Source: a virus (Duplodnaviria > Caudoviricetes). Taken from it: a stretch of DNA of 42,015 nucleotides. The stretch lies in IMG/VR virus record IMGVR_UViG_3300049144_000094, positions 1 through 42,015 of that record; one strand, 5' to 3'. Positions 19,437 through 28,024 of this stretch are shown here, in pieces (position 1 is the first letter of the stretch; each line of letters begins with the position of its first letter). The translations under genes and the position numbers were made by a program. The notes beneath the pieces are model-generated. The model searched no databases, was not told the DNA's origin, and saw only the letters and a program-made list of their open reading frames with translations.

Positions 19437-20633
19437 ATGGCAGCGATCGGCACGACGGTTCCGAGCACGCTGGACCCGGCTTTTGTGCAGCTGAAGATCG
19501 GCGAGGCTGACCTCCGCTACGCCCTCGCGGGGTACGCCCAGCCAGCTCCAGGCTCCGTGATGTCCTTCAAGTCCGGCGTGTTCGCGGGCGGCTCGGTTGC
19601 CGGCACCACTCTCGGCGACGCTGACCACAGCGGCATGCGGGTCACACTCGGCGCCACCGGCGCTAACCCGACCGTGCTCGTCAACATCGGCAACTGCCTC
19701 ATCGACACCCCCGGGCAGGGCCCCTATCTCTGCGGCGTCGACTCGCAGAAAACGATCGCTCTCGCGAACCCCAGCGCCACCCAACGTCGCCTCGACCTGA
19801 TCGTCGCCCGCGTCTATGACGACCGCAACACCGCCATTGCTTCCCCCGCCAACGATCGCCGCTTCGTCATCCAGGCCGTCACGGGCGACAACACTCCTGG
19901 CACACCGGTCCTGCCGACTTCGACCCTGCCACCGAACGGCTGGATCCCGCTCGCCAGCGTCCTCGTCGAAGCCAACGGAGCGACCCTCACCATCACCAAC
20001 CTCCGCGGCCCCGGCCTCGTCGCACGCGGAGGCCGCCGCATCCTGTACGGCGCCGACGCCAAGATCACCAGCGCCGCGTTCCTCGAGGCAGGCGCCTACG
20101 CCGGAGACCAGCGGTACGTCGTCGGTCACCCGTTCCCCAACCAGACGTACTACGTCTCGTCCGATGCCGGCACCGCCGGGTGGAGAGGCGACGGCGGACG
20201 CCTCGTGTACACGAAGTACGTCCCCAACAGCGGTGTGGTCGACATCGACCCTGTCGAAGACGAGATCACGCAGCTGGTGTCCGTGACAATCCCTGCGTTC
20301 GGGATCCCTGTCACCCTGATCCCGCGGTTCCACTGGAAGCCCACCCTCAGCGGCGGGCAACTGCTCGAACTCGGAACCCGCATCAACGGCTCGGTCGCGA
20401 CCAACGAACACATCACCACCGCCGGCTGGTCATCCAACCGAGAGTTCCCGAAACAGGTCCCCGACGGCACCTTCGGGCCGTACACCGCGTCGAAGAACGT
20501 CGACGCCTACGTGCAGCCCATCGTCACCACCGGTGCGTCGCTGATCCAGTTCGACTCGTCCGAGTCCGGCCCGCACGCGCTGCAGGTCGTGGTGGAACCG
20601 GCAAACATCGACTCCAGCAAGGTGTGGCTGTGA
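19437..20633 (+). CDS. minor tail protein
   Basis: RRLDLIVARVYD...VTG...P..P...IPLASVLV...ITNLR motif common in actinophage minor tail proteins. Confidence 0.8.
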   Translation: MAAIGTTVPSTLDPAFVQLKIGEADLRYALAGYAQPAPGSVMSFKSGVFAGGSVAGTTLGDADHSGMRVTLGATGANPTVLVNIGNCLIDTPGQGPYLCGVDSQKTIALANPSATQRRLDLIVARVYDDRNTAIASPANDRRFVIQAVTGDNTPGTPVLPTSTLPPNGWIPLASVLVEANGATLTITNLRGPGLVARGGRRILYGADAKITSAAFLEAGAYAGDQRYVVGHPFPNQTYYVSSDAGTAGWRGDGGRLVYTKYVPNSGVVDIDPVEDEITQLVSVTIPAFGIPVTLIPRFHWKPTLSGGQLLELGTRINGSVATNEHITTAGWSSNREFPKQVPDGTFGPYTASKNVDAYVQPIVTTGASLIQFDSSESGPHALQVVVEPANIDSSKVWL

Positions 20634-21793
20634 CCTGGCGGTGCCTGGTCGCCGAGACCACCACGGGTCTGATCGTCGCCGAGCTCAACCCCGCCGACGC
20701 CCCGGACTGGACCAGCGAGATCAACAGCAAGGGCACCTGGGGGGTCTCCCTGAGACTCGGGCCCGAACCGGGCGCGAACCCGAAGGAGGACACGCTCAAC
20801 TACGCCACCGCCGGGCGCTACGCGTGGGTGATCGTCTACAACAACACGCCCCTTCAGGCCGGCATGCCCGCGGATGGCGGCTACGAGCAGAAGACCCGCA
20901 CCCTCAGCGTGTCCGGTACGGGCATCGCGTCGCTGTTCGACAACCGTAGCGTCCGCGCCCCGAACGGCACGCCCGCGACGATCGCGAACTCGGCGAACAA
21001 CCTCGCCATCACAGGTGCCACGAAACGCCGGATCATCCGCGAGCTGTTCGCGCAGTCGCTGGCCGACACCAACAGCGGCGCCGGCCTGCCGTTCGACATC
21101 ACCGACGCTGCAACGGAAACCGGCACCGAGAGCCGAAGCTACGCCGCCGCGGACCTGACCTCGTTCTTGCGGCGACTTACGGACGAGGCCGACGACAATC
21201 AGGGCCCGGAGTTCATCGTGCGCCCGTATTTCACGGCGGTTGGCGGGGCCCCTGCGATCGGGTGGAAGGCGGCGATCGGGTCACCGCTGCTGGGCAACCA
21301 GAACCTCGACGCGAGCTGGGAACTCAACGCGGCGTTCAGCACCATCGACGTCGACTACAACATGTCCGTGCCGATCCCGCACCGCGTGTGGGTCAAGGGG
21401 GCTGGCGACGGTCCGGTGTCGATTTTCGGGTACGCCGAGAACTCGGCCGCACTCCAGGCGGCGAAGATCCCGTACGCCGACTACGTCGACACCTCCCACA
21501 GCGACATCAGCGACGTCGCGAAGCTCAACAGCTTCGCTGCAGCCACCCTCGCCGAACGCTCCGTCGCTGTCGAGACATGGAACGTGAGCGTCCGGGTGGA
21601 CGGCAAGAACGACCAGGGCAAGCAGATCTCGCCTGAGCTCGGCTCATGGGCCGAAGGCGACCAGCCCCTGTTCCGGGTCACAAAGCACCAGGTCATCCCG
21701 GACGGCTCGTACCGGCGGCGGATCGTGGGAACGGGCAAGGGCCAGCAGCCCGGCACTGTCGCCTTGAAGATCAAGCCGACCCCGCTGGCGTAG
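20630..21793 (+). CDS. minor tail / baseplate hub protein
   Basis: GTGA coupling; WRCLVAETTTGLIVAEL..W...IN..G N-terminus. Confidence 0.75.
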   Translation: MTWRCLVAETTTGLIVAELNPADAPDWTSEINSKGTWGVSLRLGPEPGANPKEDTLNYATAGRYAWVIVYNNTPLQAGMPADGGYEQKTRTLSVSGTGIASLFDNRSVRAPNGTPATIANSANNLAITGATKRRIIRELFAQSLADTNSGAGLPFDITDAATETGTESRSYAAADLTSFLRRLTDEADDNQGPEFIVRPYFTAVGGAPAIGWKAAIGSPLLGNQNLDASWELNAAFSTIDVDYNMSVPIPHRVWVKGAGDGPVSIFGYAENSAALQAAKIPYADYVDTSHSDISDVAKLNSFAAATLAERSVAVETWNVSVRVDGKNDQGKQISPELGSWAEGDQPLFRVTKHQVIPDGSYRRRIVGTGKGQQPGTVALKIKPTPLA

Positions 21794-21802
21794 GGAGGTC
21801 GG

Positions 21803-22372
21803 ATGGTCCAGGACATCCGCGACGCACAGTCGACCGAGCAGATCGTGAAGATCCTCAACGACCGGATCAGCTCGGGCCTCCGGCGCCGCAGCCTGCCGCC
21901 TCCCGCGTACACGGGTACGCCGGTGTCGCCATTCGACGGCGTCGGCCCGACGACGACGCTTTCGGCTAACACCGACAACCGGGCCGCGACGGTGTCCATT
22001 CCGGACCCCGGCTACCCGTACAAGATCGAGGTCGCCGCAGGGGTTTTCCTGCAGGGCCTCTCGACGAGCGCCGCGTCGGGCGCCTCACACTCGCTGGCGG
22101 TGCGGGTCGACGCGGCCACACCACTCGCGCCGTCGGCCGCGCCGACGACGGGCGCGTTCGCGTCGAACTTCATCGGCCAGATGGGCGGCGCGGCCGGCGC
22201 GTTCAGCTACGCCACGATCCCGCGGCGGCTGTCCCCCGCGGTGTGGACCGGTGCGCATGTCGTCGACCTCTTCATCAGGGCAGGATCGGCGAGCTCCGTC
22301 GTCGTGCCGATCCCGCTGGCGAACCGCAGCGACTTCTTCTTCGACGTGCGCGTCGTGCCCGCCACCACCTGA
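21803..22372 (+). CDS. minor tail protein
   Basis: GGAGG RBS; beta-rich; last gene of the tail block. Confidence 0.65.
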   Translation: MVQDIRDAQSTEQIVKILNDRISSGLRRRSLPPPAYTGTPVSPFDGVGPTTTLSANTDNRAATVSIPDPGYPYKIEVAAGVFLQGLSTSAASGASHSLAVRVDAATPLAPSAAPTTGAFASNFIGQMGGAAGAFSYATIPRRLSPAVWTGAHVVDLFIRAGSASSVVVPIPLANRSDFFFDVRVVPATT

Positions 22373-22411
22373 GCTGGCGACTGATGACCGAGCCGCAGCG
22401 AGGGGGCAATC

Positions 22412-22858
22412 GTGCGGAAGTGGTTGCGTGCTCAGCTTGTCCCGATGCACCTGACGTCCGGGCGCGGGATCATGTCTTACGTCGCCGTGGTGGTCCACCT
22501 GTTCCTTGCCCTCAGCTACCAGGTGCCGTCGCTGTCGATTTCGCCGACATCGCCGATCATCCCGCCGGGTGGCGTGTCGATCATCAACTACATCGACGCG
22601 AATGGCCCGTACTGGGTGATCGGCTTCACCACGGCTGGACTGTCGATGCTGGTGTCGCTGTGGACCCGAAGAGCCCTGCACATCGCGCACGCGATCGCCG
22701 CCGTGGTGGTGTGCTGCTACACGGTGGCGTCCTTCCTCGGCGCCCTCCTGTCCGAGCCGAACCGCCCGATCGTCGTAGGCCTGTTCGGAGCGCTCGCCTT
22801 CAGCGCGCACGCGGGGCTGTCGGTGGCGTACTCGGAACAGGTGGTGAAGCGCGGATGA
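22412..22858 (+). CDS. four-TM membrane protein (lysis cassette)
   Basis: Four hydrophobic segments; upstream of the endolysin. Confidence 0.7.
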   Translation: MRKWLRAQLVPMHLTSGRGIMSYVAVVVHLFLALSYQVPSLSISPTSPIIPPGGVSIINYIDANGPYWVIGFTTAGLSMLVSLWTRRALHIAHAIAAVVVCCYTVASFLGALLSEPNRPIVVGLFGALAFSAHAGLSVAYSEQVVKRG

Positions 22859-23154
22859 GCGTGGAAGGTCTGGCCGTGGTGATCACGGCACTCTCGGGCC
22901 TGATCTCTGGCCTTGGCCTCGTGCTCACGAACCGGTCGCAGCAGGTGAAGAAGGCCCGCAAATCCGATCGAAAGTTGCTGGCGCGATACGAGCAGCGAGA
23001 CCAGAAGGCGCTCATGCACATCCGGGCCTTGGAGCTGAAGTTGATCGAGTGCGGTGAGACGCCTCGGGCGCGGCCTTCTGAGCTCGGCCCCGACTGGCTG
23101 TTCGCCGACGATGAGGACGACGACGAGGGCAAGAAGGCGGTGACGGCACGGTGA
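22855..23154 (+). CDS. single-TM coiled-coil membrane protein
   Basis: ATGA overlap; MSVEGLAVVITALSGLISGLGLVL followed by a charged helix. Confidence 0.7.
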   Translation: MSVEGLAVVITALSGLISGLGLVLTNRSQQVKKARKSDRKLLARYEQRDQKALMHIRALELKLIECGETPRARPSELGPDWLFADDEDDDEGKKAVTAR

Positions 23155-23975
23155 CCACGACGGAGACGCAAGAGCGTCCGGCGCCGGCCCAGCAGGAAGA
23201 CGAGAAGCGCTGGAACCTCGGGCGGCTCTTCCTGCTGCTCGGTGTTGTCGGTCTGGTGGTGGGTGCTCTGATCTTCGGGGGCCGGACGATCACGCTGAAC
23301 GGTGAGGTCTCGACGGCGAACGGGACGGCCCAGACCGCGAAGGCGGAGGCGACTGCGCAGGCGCGCGCGAAGGACGAGATCGTCGACCGCGCGCTCGCGG
23401 TATGCACGGGCGCCACCCCTGAGCAGCTGGAGAAGCTGAACCAGGTTGGCCTGTGCACGAAGGCGGCCGAAGCGAAGAAGCTTCCTGCCGCGACTGCGGC
23501 GCCCGCGGTGCCGTTCAGCTTGGTGAAGGACGCGGTCGACGCGTACATGGCGGCGAACCCCCCTGCCGCCGGCCCGCCACCGAGCGACGAGGTGGTGCTC
23601 CGCTTCGTCCGGCAGGTGTACGAGGCGAACAAGCCCGCCGACGGCAGGACGCCCTCGGATGCCGAGCTGCTGGTGCTGATCCAGCAGGTGTACGCGGCCA
23701 ACCCGCCAGCGGCCGGCAAAAACGCTCACTGCTACGACGTCCCGAGCGACCCTGCGTGCCAGCCGCAGAAGGGTGAGCAGGGGGTGTCGGTAGTCGATCT
23801 CCAGCTCGACAGCTCGAACGGGTGCGATCTGGTGGTGCTGTTCAGCAACGGCACGAGCACGAGGAGGCCAGTGAATCCGGCGCTCTGCGGCCCGACGGCG
23901 CCGCCCAGCACGACGACAGCGACGGAGACGGTCCCGACGAGCGACGACCCCCCGCTGCCGATCCCGACGAGCTGA
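23151..23975 (+). CDS. membrane-anchored Cys/Pro-rich protein with internal repeats
   Basis: N-terminal TM; three Y.AN.P..G repeats; paired cysteines; Thr/Pro tail. Confidence 0.7.
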   Translation: MTTTETQERPAPAQQEDEKRWNLGRLFLLLGVVGLVVGALIFGGRTITLNGEVSTANGTAQTAKAEATAQARAKDEIVDRALAVCTGATPEQLEKLNQVGLCTKAAEAKKLPAATAAPAVPFSLVKDAVDAYMAANPPAAGPPPSDEVVLRFVRQVYEANKPADGRTPSDAELLVLIQQVYAANPPAAGKNAHCYDVPSDPACQPQKGEQGVSVVDLQLDSSNGCDLVVLFSNGTSTRRPVNPALCGPTAPPSTTTATETVPTSDDPPLPIPTS

Positions 23976-23987
23976 ATGGAGGAGGAA

Positions 23988-25001
23988 ATGGCAGATCCGA
24001 CCGGTGTGCTGCGAGGGCACGACGTCTCGCACCACCAGGACGATATCGACGTCGGCCGTCTGAGCTGCGAGTTCGTGGTGGCCCGGACGTTTCAGGGCAA
24101 GGGCGGCAAGTACGGCACGACGATCGACGGGTTCTATCGGCAGCACAAGGCGAACGCGCTGCGAGCCGGGATGTTGTTCAGCTCGTACGCCTACCTGGGA
24201 AACGGCATCAGCCCGGCGGAGAACGTACGCCTGCACCTGTCGCAGGAGCCGGACAAGAACGTGCCGGTGATGCTCGACTGGGAGGAAGGCTCCGGCGACG
24301 GACCGTTCCTGAAGGCGTGTGAGGACGAGTTCACGCGACAGGGCCTGTTCGTGTGGGGCAAGTACGCCCCGAACTGGTACTACCAGAAGGTCGGTCACCC
24401 GTCGCTGGCGTACGGCTCCCCGCTGGTCGGAAGCCGCTACAAGGACTACCTGCCCGGCACCTGGGTGTCGGAGTACCAGGGCACGCCGGACAGCTACTGG
24501 GCGGCGTACGGCGGCAACATCGTCCGGATGCTGCAGTTCAGCAGCGTCGTGCGCGACACCGCCTATCCGAGCCGGAACCTGGATGGCCTGGCGTTCCGCG
24601 GCACCCGCGCCGAGCTGGCCACGTGGTGGAACCGCAACAAGCCGAACCCCTCGCCGCAGCCCGGCGAGCTGACCGCTGGAGGAGAGATCGTGAAGACCTA
24701 CGAGTTCGACACACCGGCCGACGAGCACGACCACGAGTACGAGGTGGAGCTGTCGGGCGGACCGACCGCCGCGATCGTGGTGCGGCCGCGGCCGGGCGGC
24801 GACGGCCAGATCCAGCCGATGTGGGTGCCGCAGATCCTGGCGTGGGGCAGCGACGACAGGGGCATCGGTTTCGATCCGAAGTACACGCCGGGCTACGACG
24901 CGAAGATGCGGGGTCACCGCCGGTTCGAGCTGCCGCGGGCGGTGAAGGCCACGGTGATCCTGAGCACGACCGGCCCGTTCACGATCGACGTCGTCGGCTG
25001 A
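23988..25001 (+). CDS. endolysin, GH25 muramidase
   Basis: GHDVSHHQ, YAYL, VMLDWEE (DxE), LQFSS, NLDG; GGAGGAGG RBS. Confidence 0.9.
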   Translation: MADPTGVLRGHDVSHHQDDIDVGRLSCEFVVARTFQGKGGKYGTTIDGFYRQHKANALRAGMLFSSYAYLGNGISPAENVRLHLSQEPDKNVPVMLDWEEGSGDGPFLKACEDEFTRQGLFVWGKYAPNWYYQKVGHPSLAYGSPLVGSRYKDYLPGTWVSEYQGTPDSYWAAYGGNIVRMLQFSSVVRDTAYPSRNLDGLAFRGTRAELATWWNRNKPNPSPQPGELTAGGEIVKTYEFDTPADEHDHEYEVELSGGPTAAIVVRPRPGGDGQIQPMWVPQILAWGSDDRGIGFDPKYTPGYDAKMRGHRRFELPRAVKATVILSTTGPFTIDVVG

Positions 25002-25110
25002 CCGGCGGCGCGTGATCGGCCAGCACTCGCATCCGATCGGCGAACCAACGGTCGGACAGAACCTCGCGGCGCTCGCCGCAGCCCTCACCCAACTCACAAA
25101 GGACACGCTC

Positions 25111-25470
25111 ATGCCGTACTCCAAGGCACTCGCGCAGGTCGTCGCCACCGTACTGACCGCGCTGCTGCCCCTGTTCGTCGACGGGCACCTCTCCGCCGTC
25201 GAGATCATCAACCTGTGCATCATCGGAGCGTCCGCGATCGGCGTTGCGATCGTCCCCAACCTCTCCGCCGGCGTCGCCAAGTACGCGAAGTCGATCCTCG
25301 CGGTGATCGGCGCCGTGCTGGTGCTGCTGACGAGCTACATCTCCGACGGCGTCCTCTCCGGCGACGAGATCGTGCAGCTCGTCGTGGCCGCATTCGGCGC
25401 GCTCGGCGTGTACGCGCTGCCCGCACCCCAGCACCCGGTCGCCACGCAGTCCTACTCGCTGGGGGACTGA
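25111..25470 (+). CDS. holin
   Basis: Two repeated YxK...DG.LS..EI two-TM units ending GVYALP; directly after the lysin. Confidence 0.8.
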   Translation: MPYSKALAQVVATVLTALLPLFVDGHLSAVEIINLCIIGASAIGVAIVPNLSAGVAKYAKSILAVIGAVLVLLTSYISDGVLSGDEIVQLVVAAFGALGVYALPAPQHPVATQSYSLGD

Positions 25471-25473
25471 CCG

Positions 25474-25749
25474 ATGGGAGTTGTCCAGCCGCCCTGCCCC
25501 GGGTGCGCGATCGCCGACGACCACCCACGACACCAGGCCGTGCTCGGCACTGGCGTCGTGCTCTGGCACACCGACTGCCACGCCGCGGTCGGCTGCCCGC
25601 TCTGCACCAAGGCCCGCGAAAACGCCCCCGAAGGCCAGGTCGGCGCCGAGCACCAGCAGCACCTGCTCGAGAACGGCCCTGAGCTCGCCGCCTTCATCGA
25701 AGGCCTCGACGAGCACACCCACAACCAGGTCTTCGGGCAGGTGAGCTGA
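25474..25749 (+). CDS. Cys/His-rich putative Zn-binding protein
   Basis: CPGC...DDHPRH...WHTDCH...CPLC. Confidence 0.65.
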   Translation: MGVVQPPCPGCAIADDHPRHQAVLGTGVVLWHTDCHAAVGCPLCTKARENAPEGQVGAEHQQHLLENGPELAAFIEGLDEHTHNQVFGQVS

Positions 25750-25750
25750 C

Positions 25751-26152
25751 ATGGCCGCGAGCGGACTGAAGCAGACCGAGGCCGCACGAACGATCAACGC
25801 GCAGACCCGCGCGACGGCGTACGTTCAGGCGACCGGCCCGATCAAAGCCGAGCTCACCTCGACCAACCCCTCGGCCACCGCGAACGGCACCGCGGTGGTT
25901 GGCGGCTCATACGCCGACCAGACCTACACCACCGCAGCGGACACCACGACCGCGAGCATCTCGAACAGCGCGGCGATCAGCTACGGCCCGATGCCCGCAG
26001 GCACCGTCGCCGGCGTCAACCTCAAGGACTCGGCAGGCAGCCCGCGCTACACCTGGTGGGGTGTCCTCGGCACGCCGCTGACCGTGAACGCCGGCGACCT
26101 CGTGTCGTTCGCGATCGGCGCGATGGCGTTCAGCCTGGCCAACACGCCATGA
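25751..26152 (+). CDS. tail-appendage structural protein
   Basis: GGSYA.Q...ISNSAAISY..MPAGTV...LKDS...WG.L..PLTVNAGD..SF..G pattern seen in fibre-associated proteins. Confidence 0.65.
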   Translation: MAASGLKQTEAARTINAQTRATAYVQATGPIKAELTSTNPSATANGTAVVGGSYADQTYTTAADTTTASISNSAAISYGPMPAGTVAGVNLKDSAGSPRYTWWGVLGTPLTVNAGDLVSFAIGAMAFSLANTP

Positions 26153-26277
26153 TCATCGAAACGCCGTACACGCCGTGCGTGATGGAGCCGGACTCCGATG
26201 ACTGCGTCGGTCAGGTGACCTGGGATCGCGTGCTGCGGTGCTACACCTGCGACGCGCACCGCGTGCTCGAAGGCTGA
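26149..26277 (+). CDS. 42-aa Cys-rich protein
   Basis: ATGA overlap; four Cys plus His (C..C..CYTCDAH). Confidence 0.5.
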   Translation: MIIETPYTPCVMEPDSDDCVGQVTWDRVLRCYTCDAHRVLEG

Positions 26278-26289
26278 TCAGGAGGCGCT

Positions 26290-27693
26290 GTGGCCCTCGT
26301 CTTCCAGTACGCCTTCACCACCGACTTCAGCGACCCCGCCGGCGCGAACACGCTCACCGCTACCGGCAACGCGGCGATCGCGTCGGACGGGCTCGGCGGG
26401 TTCGCGCTGGGCAAAACCGGCGCGACCATGCCCGTGCTCCCCGCGGGCCTGCTCGCCGCGGCGCAGTCCGACGACCGCACGCTGATGTTCGACGCGAAGA
26501 ACGCCTTCACCACCTGGTGGGTCCGGTTCGAACGCGACGCCATCAACTCCGGCACCTGGGGCATCCTGCTGCTCTCCGGCGCCATGCAGTTCTTCGCCCG
26601 CAACACCGCCGACACGCAGATGGCCAGCCGGCCCACCACGACCGCGCCGACCGCGACCGGGTGGACGAACTACTGCATCACCTACGTCCAGTCCACCGGC
26701 GTCGCGACGTTCTACAAGAACGGCGTCAGCGTCGGCACCGCCTCGTTCGCGGCCGGCACCCAGCTGAGCGTCGCCGCCGACCGGATCAACATCGCCGAGT
26801 GGACCAACACCGGTGGCTCGATAAAGAACCTCCGGGGCTACAGCCACGCGCTCACCCCGACCGAGGTCGCCGCGATCGCAGGCACCCCTGTCACCGGGTC
26901 CGTCACCGGCGCCCTGGCCGCGACCGTAACGGCCACGGCGTCCCTCGCGGCCGTCACCACGCGAGCTGCGGCGCTGAGCAGCGCGGCGACCGCAGCAGCG
27001 GCCCTCGGCGCGTTCGCGACCCTCCGGGTGACGCTGGCCGCGGCCGTCACGGCACGATCGGATCTCGGTTCCGCCGCCGACCGGACAGCAGCACTCGGTG
27101 CGACGTCTACGGCCCGGGCCGACCTTGCCACGATCGTCGACCAGCCAGCCGCAGTCGCTGGCGTCGCCACCGCGGTCGCCGACCTGCAGGAGTCCACGGA
27201 CCATGTCGCGGCGTTGCAAGGCGCCGCCGCCGCGTCCGCGAACTTCACGCTCGACCACGAGATCCCGGCCGTGCTGTCCGCAGCCGTCGTCGCCCGGCTC
27301 GACCTCGACGTGGTCCGTGACGCGCCGGCAGGCCTCGCTGCGGCCGCGGCGGCCGGTGCGACGCTACTCGTCGGCGGCCAGGCCCCGGCGGCGGTGGACG
27401 CCCAAGTCGTCGCCGCGGCCACGCTCGAGCCGTTCCGGAACATCGACAGCGTGCTCGCGGGCGTCGCCAGCGCGGGCGCGACGCTCGCGCCGGCCCGTCA
27501 GCACCAGCCTGCGCTCGCTGCGGCTGTCGTTGCCCGCGCAGACCTCGCCGCGACCCGGCACTCCGACGCCGAGCGGGACATCACCATCACCGCGGTCCTG
27601 CTGCCGGGCCGGTTCACCGCTGAACTCGTGGCCGGCCGGTTCCGCGCTGAGCTGCTGCCGTCACGCCGGCGCGCCGACCTACTGGAGGACTGA
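26290..27693 (+). CDS. LamG/ConA-like domain protein with Ala-rich repetitive stalk (tail fibre/appendage)
   Basis: WTNYCITY...TFYKNGV...GSIKNLRGYSHALTPTEV LamG pattern followed by Ala-rich repeats. Confidence 0.75.
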   Translation: MALVFQYAFTTDFSDPAGANTLTATGNAAIASDGLGGFALGKTGATMPVLPAGLLAAAQSDDRTLMFDAKNAFTTWWVRFERDAINSGTWGILLLSGAMQFFARNTADTQMASRPTTTAPTATGWTNYCITYVQSTGVATFYKNGVSVGTASFAAGTQLSVAADRINIAEWTNTGGSIKNLRGYSHALTPTEVAAIAGTPVTGSVTGALAATVTATASLAAVTTRAAALSSAATAAAALGAFATLRVTLAAAVTARSDLGSAADRTAALGATSTARADLATIVDQPAAVAGVATAVADLQESTDHVAALQGAAAASANFTLDHEIPAVLSAAVVARLDLDVVRDAPAGLAAAAAAGATLLVGGQAPAAVDAQVVAAATLEPFRNIDSVLAGVASAGATLAPARQHQPALAAAVVARADLAATRHSDAERDITITAVLLPGRFTAELVAGRFRAELLPSRRRADLLED

Positions 27694-27992
27694 TGATCAC
27701 CAGGTCGCGGCTGTCCCGAGCCTACGTCCGCGCCGCGATCACCGTCACCGCCGACGACGGAACCCCCGTCGACCCAACCGCCTTGGCCGTGCAGTTCGCG
27801 TTCGTCCCGGTCGGCACCGCGCCCGTCGATGCCGACTGGCACGACGCCACCCACCTCTCCGGCAACCGCTTCGGGCTGCTCGTTGGGCCCGGCGCCCTCG
27901 AGCTGCCCGCCGGCGACTTCGACATCTGGCGCCACATCGCCGACGACCCCGAAGACGACCGCGAACGCTTCGGCCAGATCCGCCTCGAGTAG
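27693..27992 (+). CDS. small appendage-associated protein
   Basis: TGATG coupling; DPTALAVQFAF..P.D.DW..A...LLVGPG...L..G.F.IW..I.D.PE. Confidence 0.65.
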   Translation: MITRSRLSRAYVRAAITVTADDGTPVDPTALAVQFAFVPVGTAPVDADWHDATHLSGNRFGLLVGPGALELPAGDFDIWRHIADDPEDDRERFGQIRLE

Positions 27993-28024
27993 CCCGAGCA
28001 AGTCCACCATCGAAGGGAGACCCC

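Noticed and set aside
2690-25280. Long antisense or alternate-frame ORFs (e.g. 2690-4891, 7395-9386, 13658-16321, 22800-25280)
   Set aside because: These are shadow ORFs expected from high-GC codon bias; they are Arg/Gly/Pro-rich, lack motifs and overlap clear genes
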